In this document: positions 45,569 to 55,405 of the stretch, in pieces | Numbering within the stretch: position 1 is the stretch's first letter | How the letters are laid out: every line of letters begins with the position of its first letter | From: a virus | Length of the DNA stretch: 64,000 nt | Strand: one strand, 5' to 3' | Virus record (IMG/VR): IMGVR_UViG_3300050821_009780 | Location: 79,504-143,503 of that record | Made by a program: the position numbers and the translations under genes | Notes under the pieces: model-generated | Told to the model about the DNA's origin: nothing | Seen by the model: the letters and a program-made list of their open reading frames with translations, nothing else | Databases searched by the model: none

Positions 45569-46959
45569 TCAGGAGGACGCGTGCCCGGAGCCGGCGTCAC
45601 CATCGGAAACGTGGCGGATCACGCCGAAGTACTGGCTGAACGCCTGCGGTGCCCGGGTCCGAGCACACGACTCGCACTGGCCCCCGTCCCACGCCCCCGG
45701 CAGGTAAAACAGCGTCGTCCCCTTCGAGCGGCAGCTGGCGCACTCGTTCACCGGAGGACCGCACCGCTCTTGCGAGCCTTGCGCAGCGTAACCACGCCGA
45801 CCGCGATCTGGGAGCCGGGGATGTCAGTGCTGTCGGCGGCCACCTCCTGCAGCAGCATGCCGCTGGCCCCGCGGGCCGACGACAGCGGGGAGTGGAACTT
45901 GCCGCCCTCGATGGTGAACCCGCCCTGCAGGAACCGGACCGTGGCCGGGCCGTCGGTCACCGTGCCGGTCTTCTCCGTGGCGACCCGCCACTTCCGGGTG
46001 GCGAAGTACTCATCCCAGCTGCCGTCCACGCTTATCCTCCAGGTAACTGTCGTCGTACACCAGCGTCACCCACGGCTCGTCGGTGTACATCCCCGGCGGG
46101 CTGTGCAGGTTGCAGTGGTCGCGGTGCCTGGTGCCGCACCCTCCGGCCGCACAGGTGCAACCGGGAAACCAGTGACCGACGTGCGGTACCTGCGCTGCGC
46201 AGTGAACGCACTGCACCTCGGGCTTAGTCATCCAGGAAATCCCTCGTGGCGAACCGCGTTGCCATGGCCGCCCTGCGGGTGTCGGTATCGGCGACGGTCT
46301 GCTCGTGCGCGGCGGTCTTCGCGGCGGGCTTGCCGTGCTCCAGCCAGCTCGCGTACTCGTCAGCCGGGCTGAAGATGCTGTCCGGATCGGCTCGGTAAGC
46401 GGCGGCAAAGTTCGGGCAGCTCACCTGGTGCGCCTCGACCAGCCCGGCGGGCGCGGTGTACCCGCAGACGCAGCGCCCGGTGCACACTACGGCCCCAGCT
46501 CCTCGCGCCGCTCGTCCACGTGCCAGCAGTGCTCGTGGTTGACGTAGCCGGGGCAGTCGCAGGAGATACGCCCATCCCCGTGGTGCAGCTGGGTGTAGAA
46601 GGTACCCGGCCGGGAGGCGGACTCGAACCTGCCGAGGCTGACCGCACCGAACGGCACCCGACGGCTGGCACTGCGGTAATCCTGTGCAGCCTCCTGCATG
46701 AACTCGCGGACGTCGCGGGCCGGGTTCGCCTCAGGGTGCCACCAGCCGGGGCCGTAACGGGCTCTCACGGGTCGGGCACCGCCCGGACCGGAGAGGTCAG
46801 GTCGGCCGTGAGGGCCTGCTCGCGGGCCAGCACGCCCCTCATGATCAGGTAACCGCCCGGCCGGTGACGGGCCAGGTACGTGAAAAGCGCAGCGTCCAGA
46901 GACGGGGGCACGGGCACCGACGGGTCCAGGGGGTCAGGAGGCGACTGACTGGCGGGCAT
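45569..46959 (-). other. Cluster of about six small hypothetical genes, several Cys/His-rich (including a SWIM-like CxC...CxH at 46487-46768)
   Basis: Overlapping ORFs 45569-45751, 45748-46029, about 46010-46231, 46224-46487, 46487-46768 and 46765-46959. Confidence 0.5.
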
Positions 46960-47188
46960 CTGCTTCCGCCTCCCGGAAACGGATCATGGCCTGGATCTCG
47001 GATTCCCGCACGATGCCGACCGGGCGGTGCCCGATGCGGCGCGCGGTGGTCAGCTTCCCCTCCTGCGCCATCTGCCGGATGCGCTCGCCGGTCAAGCCGA
47101 GGGCGTCCGCCGCCTCGCCGAAGGTGAGCCACCCGGCCAGCTCCGGCAGATCCTTCAAGCTGGCGAACTTCAGTATCTTGACCTTCAC
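46934..47188 (-). CDS. Helix-turn-helix DNA-binding protein (HTH_17/excisionase-like)
   Basis: WLTFGEAADALGLTGERIRQMAQEGKL. Confidence 0.8.
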   Translation of the reverse strand: MKVKILKFASLKDLPELAGWLTFGEAADALGLTGERIRQMAQEGKLTTARRIGHRPVGIVRESEIQAMIRFREAEADARQSVAS

Positions 47189-47234
47189 GCTTATCCCAGT
47201 CCTCCCGTTAGCACACAGTGCGGCCCCGGCTCCA

Positions 47235-47264
47235 AGGATACCGGGACGCTTGGTTTAAGACAAG
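47235..47264 (-). promoter_or_regulatory. Sigma-A-type promoter with overlapping operator, upstream of the HTH gene
   Basis: TTGTCT-N17-TATCCT; CTTGGTT-TA-AGACAAG at 47249-47264. Confidence 0.65.
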
Positions 47265-47785
47265 TAAGGACGCAGGGCGGTCTTGCACGCCTGCAGCCAG
47301 GTAGTGCAGTCCTGCCCGGTCTGGACCAGGTGCAACAGTCCGAGGCAGCGGGCCAGCCGATCGCTGACGGCATCGCCATACTGCCGCTCATCCCAGTCCG
47401 GGCAGGTCGCCCGGCACCAGGTCACCAGGGCCTTGGCGAGGGCCTCCCGGTCCGGCTCCGGGACGCGGGAGACTTCCTCCCACAGGTGCGCGTAGTCGGC
47501 CGGCTTCCACCCGTACCGCTGCAGCGCCTTCGCGGCGGCATCCTCCGGGTCCACCTCCCAGGCGGCGGCAAGCAGCGAGGTGACGGTGAGGTACCGCTGC
47601 TCGGCGAAGCAGTAACCGTGGTCGCGGTAGACCCGCAGCGACGGCTCGGCCCCGCCGTCGTCGTGCTCCTGCGGGAACGGGCAGTAGCACTTGGACCGGC
47701 CCCCGGAATCCACCCCGGCCCAGGAGGCGGCGAGCGGGAACGGGACCACCTCGTTCGCAGCGGCGGCCAGGCTGCGCTTCTTCAC
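47255..47785 (-). CDS. Primase zinc-binding-domain (CHC2-like) protein lacking TOPRIM
   Basis: CPFPQEHDD...PSLRVY...YCF; coupled to dnaB. Confidence 0.65.
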   Translation of the reverse strand: MKKRSLAAAANEVVPFPLAASWAGVDSGGRSKCYCPFPQEHDDGGAEPSLRVYRDHGYCFAEQRYLTVTSLLAAAWEVDPEDAAAKALQRYGWKPADYAHLWEEVSRVPEPDREALAKALVTWCRATCPDWDERQYGDAVSDRLARCLGLLHLVQTGQDCTTWLQACKTALRPYLS

Positions 47786-49215
47786 TCTTCCTCATCCAGC
47801 AGCGGGTTGACCTGCTCCGCGCCATCGCGGACCTGAAAGTAGCTGTTGGCGAAGTCGGCCATCATGTCTATCTTGACGTACCGCTCCCCCTCCCGGTTCT
47901 TCAGCACCTCCAGCTTGACGGGCACGTTCCGGCCGCGGGTGTCATCGTTCTCCGGCTCCTGCAGCGAGCAGACGATGTCCGGGGTGTTGGCAGCCTCGGC
48001 GCTCTCCGACAGGTCGGCCAGGCTGTACCCGCCGCGCTCGCGGGCCCCGCGCCGACCCTCCCGGCTGACCTGCCAGGGGGAGATGACCGGGATGCCGCGC
48101 CCGTCGTTGAAGGTGACCGCGAGCTGCCCGGTGTCCTTCAGGATCATGCCCAGCTCCTCGCGGAGGTCCTTGCGGTGCCGGTCGGGCCGGGCCAGGCCCA
48201 GGTAGTCGATGATGCACAGGTCGGGGGAGAACTGCCGAGCGACGGCGTTCAGCCGGGACTCGATGAACGCCACGGTGAACCCGCGCGGCACCTGCACGAT
48301 GTAGGCGTGCCCCTCGGCGCGCTCGTAGTCCTCGGTGACCGCGCGGAACGCGGCGTACTCGGCGGAGGTCAGCGCGCCATCCCGGATGTCGCGGGTGTTC
48401 AGCCCGGCCCGCAGCCCGAACTGCGGCTTGCGGGAGTGGCGCCCCAGGATGCGGATGAGCATGTTATCGCGGGTGGTCTCGCTGGCGAACAGCACCACGT
48501 TCTTGCCCTGCTCGACGGCGGCGTGCCAGGCCAGGTGCGCCATGAGCTGCGACTTGCCGGAGCTGGTCCAGCCGAAGACGATGGCGAACTCGCCGTTGGC
48601 CAGCCCGCCGCTGAGCGCCGCGTCGAGCCGGGGGATGCCGGTGGCGACGGCGGCGGAGCGGCCGGACAGCTTCAGCTCCCGGGCCTTGGCGTACCGCTCG
48701 CGCACCAGGGCCATCTCCCGCCGGGTGTCGCCCTCCGGGTGCTGGCTGGCGGCGGCCTCCCGCTCGATGTCCGCGAACGCGGCCAGCACGTGCGCCCGGG
48801 CGTCGGCGTGGCCGCGCAGCTCGTTGCCCTGCTCGTCCCGCGCGCCCTGGACCAGGATCTCCTTGCCCTGGGCGATGGCATCCCCCGTGGCGGTGGACTG
48901 GCGCAGCTCGCGCAGCTGCGCCACCGAGTGCCTGAAGTCGGGGACGGAGGGCCGCAGCACGGCGACCAGGTCGTAGTACTCCAGGTACAGCAGCGAAGTG
49001 CCGGGCGGCCGGTCGCGGAGCAGATCCTCCAGCGCGCGCCGGGGCAGCTCGCCCCGGGTCTGCTCGGCGTACCGCATGGCCAGGACGAACAGTCCCTTCT
49101 GCACGCGGTCCTCGAAGTGCTCCTCGGTGACGTGCCGGGCCGCGTAGTCCAGCGCCTTGACCGACCGGAGAGCTGCCGCCAGAACTACCTTGCCGTGGTC
49201 CGACGCATCAGCCAC
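47782..49215 (-). CDS. dnaB: Replicative DNA helicase, DnaB-like
   Basis: TGIPRLD, GWTSSGKS, FASE, IIDYL, QVSRE, LADLSESA and KNREG motifs. Confidence 0.9.
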   Translation of the reverse strand: MADASDHGKVVLAAALRSVKALDYAARHVTEEHFEDRVQKGLFVLAMRYAEQTRGELPRRALEDLLRDRPPGTSLLYLEYYDLVAVLRPSVPDFRHSVAQLRELRQSTATGDAIAQGKEILVQGARDEQGNELRGHADARAHVLAAFADIEREAAASQHPEGDTRREMALVRERYAKARELKLSGRSAAVATGIPRLDAALSGGLANGEFAIVFGWTSSGKSQLMAHLAWHAAVEQGKNVVLFASETTRDNMLIRILGRHSRKPQFGLRAGLNTRDIRDGALTSAEYAAFRAVTEDYERAEGHAYIVQVPRGFTVAFIESRLNAVARQFSPDLCIIDYLGLARPDRHRKDLREELGMILKDTGQLAVTFNDGRGIPVISPWQVSREGRRGARERGGYSLADLSESAEAANTPDIVCSLQEPENDDTRGRNVPVKLEVLKNREGERYVKIDMMADFANSYFQVRDGAEQVNPLLDEEE

Positions 49216-49385
49216 CGGCTGCCGCTAGATCCGGCGCGTGCACCACCACTGACTCTTCGTAATCGTGTGTCAGGCAGGCATCGGCGTACCCGCGCCAGTC
49301 CAGCTCGCGCAGGCACTCGTCCAGCTCATGAATATCCCTGAGTCCCATAAGGCCCTCCCACCGGGCCGAGAATGTTCTCCCTCTA

Positions 49386-49931
49386 CTACCGGAAAACCCG
49401 GACGTTGGTCTTACTGTCGAAGGTCATCTCGTTGCCGCCGGCCCCGGTGACGTGTATGTCGGTACCGACCGCGACGAGAGTGTCATCAGTCGAGCACAGG
49501 TACGGAGCAGTACTGTTGAGGATCTCCCCGCGCGTCTCGTAGCGGACGGTGCCCTCGACCTCGGTCACCAGGCCGACATCCGGGATGATATCGCCCTTCA
49601 GGATTTGGTTGGCCCGGACCTCGTTCCACTTCTTGCCGTGCTTGCCGCCGATAACGCGGTCGCGGCGGTACGGGGCGGGGATGACCCGGCGGGTGGCGGG
49701 GGCGGCGGGCAGGTGCTCGCCATCGAACATGGTGCGGCGGGCGGCCTCGGCCTTGCTGATAGGAACGAGATCCTCGGCGTGCACCGTCCCCTGCGCGTCC
49801 TGGGCGTCCTTCATGCTCTGCAGCACGCTGTCGGGCAGGAAGTCGTCCAGTGCCCGGTTGTCAGCCTTCCCGTTATCCAGGTCGCGGGCCATGGCGTCGG
49901 AGATGGGCAGGAACTTGCCCTCGTCGCTCAT
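49386..49931 (-). CDS. Hypothetical protein
   Basis: ATGA-coupled ORF with high-GC codon usage. Confidence 0.55.
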   Translation of the reverse strand: MSDEGKFLPISDAMARDLDNGKADNRALDDFLPDSVLQSMKDAQDAQGTVHAEDLVPISKAEAARRTMFDGEHLPAAPATRRVIPAPYRRDRVIGGKHGKKWNEVRANQILKGDIIPDVGLVTEVEGTVRYETRGEILNSTAPYLCSTDDTLVAVGTDIHVTGAGGNEMTFDSKTNVRVFR

Positions 49932-50896
49932 CCTGCCTCCAGATCCTTGCGTGCGGTCTTGATCATGTCCTTCTCCAGCTGCCGGAGATCCAGGTGCTCG
50001 GCCAGCTGCTCATCGCTCCAGTCAGGATGCACCCGGATGGCCTGCTTGATTGACAGAAACAGCTCGTATTTCGTCAACGGCATTATGGATCACGGCCCCT
50101 TTCTCCGGCGGGCTCCCGGCGGCGAGGACCAGCATGCCGGTGCTACGCACCTGGAAGCCGCAGTGCGGGCAGAGCCCGTGCCGGTAGATAAATGCGAACA
50201 GGCCATCGGGACTGGGCGCGTACTGCTGGTGCAGGAACAGCGCCCACGACCCCCGGTCCCTGCAGGAGTGCCGGAACCAGACGGTAAACGCCGGACAGCG
50301 AGCAGCGGGGAACTCCACGCCCAGCCTGACCAGCCGCGCAACCCAGCTGGCCCGGAACGCCTTCCCGGCAGCTTTCTCAGCCTGTGTCAGAGCCACGACG
50401 ATCTATTTCGACGATAACGGCGTCGGCAACCTGCTCCAGAGTGGTCCCGGATGCACTCAAAATTTCAGAAACCGTAGCATCCAGGGCAGCCTGTGCCGCA
50501 GCATCCCAGTCCCCCGTCTCCTGGAACACGCGCTCGGCGGCCCGGCCGCCCGGCGTATCAGCGCTCATCGCTGGCCAGCAGGAAACGGGCGACGGACAGC
50601 TCCTGGGCCAGCCGGTCGCCGGGCTTGAGTGCGCTGTCGCGGTAGCCGCGCTGGTTGGCCTGCTCGGACGGCAGGCCGTCCACGTACATGCGGGCGGCCT
50701 TCAGGGCTTCCCGCCTGGCATCAAACTTCCCCCGGTTCGCGGCCTCGTTCGCCAGGGCCTCGCACTGAACGGCCACGCCGTCCAGCCTTTCCTTCAGGTC
50801 CAGGAGGGCGCTGAACACCGCATCGGGAGGGGCAGTTGCCCTTCTCTCGGCAGCCTGAGCCAGGACCTTCCAGTCCGTTTCCTTCAGCCGGCTCAC
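49928..50896 (-). other. Small hypothetical genes (49928-50083 HTH-like, 50022-50396, 50377-50568, 50558-50896)
   Basis: Overlapping ORFs; 49928-50083 contains HPDWSDEQLAEHLDL. Confidence 0.45.
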
Positions 50897-51612
50897 GACA
50901 CCGCCTTCACCATGGCGCTGTGCACCGCCAGAACGGTTTCCCTGAGTATCCGCACGGCTTCCTCCTCGGGGATGCCAGCAATTTCCGCCGCCTCGGCGGG
51001 GGACTTGCCGTAGTAGTACCTCAGCACTACTACCGCCTGGGCGGCCGGCGGGCAGGCGGCGACAACGCCAGCGGCCTGCTCCAGCACGGAGCTAACCACC
51101 GCCTGGCTCTCGGTGCCATCCTGCGCAGCCACGTCGTGCGGCTCGGCATCGAGCGACACGGGGCGGGCGGCAACGGCAGCGACGGTGCCGCGGACCTCCT
51201 CGACGGTAAGCCCGGCCCGGCGGGCCAGCTCGGCCTCGTCCAGGCCCAGATCCTGCCCGGAGTCACGGAGCACCTTAGCCCGGGTCCGCACCGACCGGGT
51301 GACCCAGTCCTGGCTGCGGAGCGCATCGAGCATGGCCCCCTTGACCCGGCGAAGGATGTACGCGATAAGGAACTCCGTCGCGGCCGGGCTGTAGCCGTTC
51401 TTCTTGCAGTAGGCGGGCCACTTATTGACCGCCTGCGCCAGGCCGAGCAGGCCCAGCGCGGTCAGCTCGTCCAGCTCCAGGGCGTGCGGCGCCCGCTGGT
51501 ACACCTTCCAGGCCTCGGCCCGCACCTGGGGCATGAAATCCGCTGCCATCTGCTCGACCCGTTTCCTGATCTCCGGGTCGAGCGGTACCTCATCGTCCTG
51601 TTCTCCCACCAC
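50893..51612 (-). CDS. RNA polymerase sigma factor, FliA/WhiG (sigma-28) family
   Basis: DELTALGLLGL.QA, RVKGAMLDALRSQDWVTRSVR, ELARRAGL, VSLD and LRYYYGKSPAEAAEIAG motifs. Confidence 0.88.
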   Translation of the reverse strand: MVGEQDDEVPLDPEIRKRVEQMAADFMPQVRAEAWKVYQRAPHALELDELTALGLLGLAQAVNKWPAYCKKNGYSPAATEFLIAYILRRVKGAMLDALRSQDWVTRSVRTRAKVLRDSGQDLGLDEAELARRAGLTVEEVRGTVAAVAARPVSLDAEPHDVAAQDGTESQAVVSSVLEQAAGVVAACPPAAQAVVVLRYYYGKSPAEAAEIAGIPEEEAVRILRETVLAVHSAMVKAVS

Positions 51613-51640
51613 ACAGGAGATTATGCCAGGTCAAACCCGG

Positions 51641-51835
51641 CTATACGTGCTCATGCGGGATGCCGAGCAGATCCAGCGCCTGCCCAAGCAGCTCGTCCGG
51701 GTGCATCTCGAACACAGGCTCGAACTCCTGTCCTACGTAGACGCTGGCGTTGTCGTTATCCAGCATCAGCACCAGTCCGCTGAGATGACCAAGCTCGATC
51801 GCGCCCTTGAGCTGGCCCAGGGTCTCGTACCTCAC
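51641..51835 (-). CDS. Hypothetical protein
   Basis: GTGA-coupled ORF. Confidence 0.5.
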   Translation of the reverse strand: MRYETLGQLKGAIELGHLSGLVLMLDNDNASVYVGQEFEPVFEMHPDELLGQALDLLGIPHEHV

Positions 51836-52350
51836 GGCTGCCTCCCGAACCGGTGCCCGATGTCGTCCCGGTAAGACGGGTCTTTCCGGACCTCCTCGGC
51901 GAACTCCGGGTCGGTCAGCACCCGCTGCAGCTTCTGGGCGTACTCGATGGTGCGCTGCAGCTCCAGGAACCCGTCCTTCAGCTCCTCACCGGACGCCTCC
52001 GCGCTCCTCCGGGCGAAGACGCTGAGCGCGTTGCGGCCCTGCCAGGTGAGCAGGGCGCTGGTGAGCAGGCCGCCCTGGTTGAGGTTCCCGGCGGCCAGGG
52101 CGGTACCGGGCGGGAACTGCAGCTCGCGCCAGCCGCCCGCGCTGCCCGGCTCCGGGTCGGGCTGTTGGCCGGGCTGTTTGCGGGTGACAATGCGGGTGCG
52201 CGCCAGCGAGCTGCTGATGCTGGACTGGGACAGCTGCATGGCTACCCCTATCTGCTTGGTGGTGTAGCCCTTGCGGTACAGGTACCGCGACCACGCGTCC
52301 ATCGCCTCCCGCTGACGGGCGGTGACCCGCTCTCCGGTCGTCATTACCAA
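51832..52350 (-). CDS. N-terminal HTH protein
   Basis: YLYRKGYTTKQIGVAMQLSQSSISSSL. Confidence 0.6.
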   Translation of the reverse strand: MVMTTGERVTARQREAMDAWSRYLYRKGYTTKQIGVAMQLSQSSISSSLARTRIVTRKQPGQQPDPEPGSAGGWRELQFPPGTALAAGNLNQGGLLTSALLTWQGRNALSVFARRSAEASGEELKDGFLELQRTIEYAQKLQRVLTDPEFAEEVRKDPSYRDDIGHRFGRQP

Positions 52351-53174
52351 GCCAGCTTCCTGTCATCGCGCCGCATGGACTTGTTGTACGTGTCGGCCAG
52401 CAGCTCGGCCAGCACCCGCCAGCGGGTGCCCCTCGTCGTCTTCTCGCGGGTGCGCTTCAGCCAGGACTCGGCGCTGGAGGTGGTAGACAGCCGGGCGGTG
52501 AGCTTTTTCGTATCGATGACGCCCTGGTTCACCTCGATGAGGTGGCCGACCGCGCGGATGAGGGTGCCCTCCCAGCGGGCCCCCGGCTGGTAGTCGTCCG
52601 GCCAGGCGTGCGCCAGGGTCAGCAGCGTCGTCCGCAGCAGCGCCTCGCCCTCCTCGGGGGTGCGCCCGCGTCCGGTGAGGATGGCGGTCAGCGCACGGGC
52701 AGACATGATGCCGGCGGCCGAGGAGTTCGACCCCATGACCAGGCCGATTTCGGCCAGTACCTTGTCCCCGGCCACGACGTACGGGTCGCCGGCGTGCAGC
52801 TGCAGGTCCCAGCGGGCCAGCGCGGAGTGGCCGCGGCGGCCCTGGGCGATGCCCTGCGCGGTCTCGGCCTCGGCGGCGACGGTAGAGACCCCGGTGCGCT
52901 TGACGACCCAGGTGTAGCTGCCGGGACGGGTCTCCTTGAGGCGCAGCACCCGGTGCTGGCCCTCGTTGACGACCAGGACGCCTCCCTTGCGGGCAGAGAC
53001 GGTGGGCACCTCGGCGATATCCCAGTTCCACTCGGCGTGGAAGATCTTGTGCCGGGCCTCGTCCACCTCACGCTGGACGTTCTCGTCGATGACCAGGTCA
53101 TCCACGTTGACCCACAGCATCTCGCGCGGGTCGTCTCCGGTGCCCCTGAACGGGGGCGTAACTACCTTGCCCAT
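52344..53174 (-). CDS. ParB/Srx-like (DUF6551-type) protein
   Basis: VNVDDLVIDENVQR...VVNEGQHRV ParB-like motif; AAAGGGAG RBS; directly behind an operator-containing promoter. Confidence 0.7.
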   Translation of the reverse strand: MGKVVTPPFRGTGDDPREMLWVNVDDLVIDENVQREVDEARHKIFHAEWNWDIAEVPTVSARKGGVLVVNEGQHRVLRLKETRPGSYTWVVKRTGVSTVAAEAETAQGIAQGRRGHSALARWDLQLHAGDPYVVAGDKVLAEIGLVMGSNSSAAGIMSARALTAILTGRGRTPEEGEALLRTTLLTLAHAWPDDYQPGARWEGTLIRAVGHLIEVNQGVIDTKKLTARLSTTSSAESWLKRTREKTTRGTRWRVLAELLADTYNKSMRRDDRKLAW

Positions 53175-53196
53175 ATGCTGCTCCCTTTCGCAGTAA

Positions 53197-53235
53197 CTTG
53201 CCTTGAGCATAGTACGCAGCTTGGCTCAAGTCAAA
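53197..53235 (-). promoter_or_regulatory. Sigma-A-type promoter with operator, plus a second degenerate site
   Basis: TTGACT-N17-TATGCT; CTTGGCT-CA-AGTCAAA at 53220-53235 and CTTGCCT-TG-AGCATAG at 53197-53212. Confidence 0.72.
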
Positions 53236-54894
53236 CTATGCGCGGGCCACCATCTGCATAAGCCTGCGCGGGCTGACCCGGCTGTAGATCTCTCCGGTGT
53301 CGCCCCAGACCGAGTCGGCGACCCCCTGCTCGCTTTCCATGAGCGGCAGGAAGTCCTCGTCCACCGTGTCCCTGATGAGAAGCTGGTGGAACAGCACCAT
53401 CTGGTGGCGGCTGCCCTGCCGCTGCACCCGGCCGAGGAGCTGGTTCATTCGTTGAGGATTCCAAAGTTGGTCCACGGCGATGAGGTTGCCAGCGACCTGC
53501 AGATTGAGGCTGGCCTCGATGGTCGGGGAGCCGACGAGGACCTGGCAGGCCGGGTCCTCCCAGAACCGGCGGATGCGCTCGTCGCGGACCCCGGCCTGGG
53601 AGTCGGTGCTCCACATGAGCACGTGCCCGGTGCCCTGCTCGTCCAGCCGGGCGGACAGCGCGGCGATGTTCGGCTTGAAGTAGACGAACACGACAACCTT
53701 CTGGTCCGCGAGGTCCCCGGTGATCATGTCCATCACCCAGTCGAGCTTGACGGACACGTCGTTACCGTCGTCGAGCGCGGCGAGGCCGGAGTTGATCTGC
53801 CTAGCGCGGGTAAACGCGGCCCCGGCCTCGACCTGGGTGACCTGCTCGCCGGACTCGCGCAGCCGCCGCAGCGTGCCGGCCTTCAGCTCGGCCATCCGCT
53901 CGGCCTGGGCGGGCAGCAGGTCCAGCCAGACGGTGTTCGGCTGGACTTCGGGCAGCTCCATGTCGTCCAGGTCGGCAACGGTGCGGCGCAGCACCATCGG
54001 GGCGACCAGGCGGCGGAACTCGGGCAGGTACGCCTCCTTGACCCCGCTGTCCAGCCAGATGACGACCTTCTTGCGGCGGCGGCCGGTCGGGTCGCGCTTG
54101 TCCCGGACCCACAGGATGCGCCGGGAGCGGGCCACGTACCGCTGGGTGAACGCGGCGGCGGAGCCGAACACCTCCCGGCCGCCGACCGGCTCCAGGAAGT
54201 AGTAAAGCTCCTTCAGCCGCTTCTGCAGCGGGGTGCCGTGCACGCCGTAGACCCGGCTGGCGGTGGAGGCGAGCCGCTTGACCGCGTAGGCGGTGCGGGT
54301 GCTGCCGTTGCGCATGGCATCCAGGTCGTCGTAGACGACGATGCCGACCGGGAACTCGCGCAGCCGCTCCACGTCGCCGTCGCGGGCGCCGCGCTGACCG
54401 GGGCGCCCGGCGGGAGACAGGGTGCGATCGGAGACGACGCAGACCTCCCACCCGCCGAGGTAGGTGCGCAGCCGCTCGGCGGCGGTGCCGTCCCCGGTGA
54501 CCACCTGGACCTCCGGCAGCAGGCGGCGCAGCTCGGCGGCCCACTGGCGGACGGCGGCGGCGCGACAGACGACCACCGCGCGGTTGTGCAGGCCCAGCTC
54601 GCCGGTCTCCTTGGCCAGCGCGAGGACCGCCGCCACCTGCCCGGTCTTGCCGAGGCCGACCGAGTCTCCCAGCAGGCCCCGCATCCGGACCCACATCCAC
54701 GCGGTGCCGGTGCGCTGGTGGCGGCGGAGCCGGATGCCGCACCGGCGGCAGCCCGGGTCTAGCTCCCGGTGGGCGTCGCACGGGGCGGAGTTGAAGTAGC
54801 GGAACTCGCGGTGCGGCACGTTCGCGGTGCGGACGCGGGACGCGACGGCTTCGCGCTGCGCCGGGGTGAGGCGGCGCGGGTCGGCCGGGGGCAC
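53236..54894 (-). CDS. SNF2-family helicase/translocase
   Basis: GDSVGLGKT, QWAAE, VYDDLD (variant motif II), GTPLQ, SLNLQ, WNP and QLLGRVQRQG motifs. Confidence 0.85.
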   Translation of the reverse strand: MPPADPRRLTPAQREAVASRVRTANVPHREFRYFNSAPCDAHRELDPGCRRCGIRLRRHQRTGTAWMWVRMRGLLGDSVGLGKTGQVAAVLALAKETGELGLHNRAVVVCRAAAVRQWAAELRRLLPEVQVVTGDGTAAERLRTYLGGWEVCVVSDRTLSPAGRPGQRGARDGDVERLREFPVGIVVYDDLDAMRNGSTRTAYAVKRLASTASRVYGVHGTPLQKRLKELYYFLEPVGGREVFGSAAAFTQRYVARSRRILWVRDKRDPTGRRRKKVVIWLDSGVKEAYLPEFRRLVAPMVLRRTVADLDDMELPEVQPNTVWLDLLPAQAERMAELKAGTLRRLRESGEQVTQVEAGAAFTRARQINSGLAALDDGNDVSVKLDWVMDMITGDLADQKVVVFVYFKPNIAALSARLDEQGTGHVLMWSTDSQAGVRDERIRRFWEDPACQVLVGSPTIEASLNLQVAGNLIAVDQLWNPQRMNQLLGRVQRQGSRHQMVLFHQLLIRDTVDEDFLPLMESEQGVADSVWGDTGEIYSRVSPRRLMQMVARA

Positions 54895-55392
54895 CTAGGC
54901 TTCCGCGCGCCAGGCGGAGACTGACCCGGACGGCTTCGGGCGCACGGCCTCCGCAGCGCTCTGCCAGGCGGCGAAGTCGTCCGGGTGCACCAGCACCGAC
55001 TGGTGCCAGCCGCCGCGGGCGCTGAACGTCTCCAGGACGGCCTCCAGGGCGCGGCGGGTGCCCTCCATGAGCATGAGCTTGTGCCGGAGGCCGGAGTTAC
55101 TGGCCTGCTCGTCGGCCAGCCGACAACTGGTCAGCGCCAGCGTCTCCTTCAGGCGGTCGAGTTCCGTGTTAGTTGCCGCAGCCATATCCCGCAGCCCGGC
55201 GCGCTCCTCGCGAGTAGGCGGCTCAGCGGAAGAGCCCTTGCCCGCGCGGGGAAACCAGCTCTTCCGCTTCGGCAGCTCCTCGTCGGCAGGCTGTGCGGCC
55301 TGCCCCGGCGGCAGTATCTCGTACCCGGCGGGCAGGTTAGCCCGCGCCCACTCCGCCAGTACATCCAGTTCCCGCTGCTGCTCGCTGTCCAT
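54895..55392 (-). CDS. Hypothetical protein with a coiled coil
   Basis: ATG at 55392, MDSEQQRELDVL. Confidence 0.5.
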   Translation of the reverse strand: MDSEQQRELDVLAEWARANLPAGYEILPPGQAAQPADEELPKRKSWFPRAGKGSSAEPPTREERAGLRDMAAATNTELDRLKETLALTSCRLADEQASNSGLRHKLMLMEGTRRALEAVLETFSARGGWHQSVLVHPDDFAAWQSAAEAVRPKPSGSVSAWRAEA

Positions 55393-55405
55393 GCCCTTAC
55401 TACGC

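Noticed and set aside
46934-47188. Excisionase marking an integration module
   Set aside because: No integrase or att-like site in the window; the HTH protein is equally consistent with a regulator
51615-51640. Operator/promoter upstream of the FliA-like sigma gene (TTGACC...CATAAT)
   Set aside because: Only one operator half-site matches, and TTGACC is not correctly spaced from a TAnnnT box
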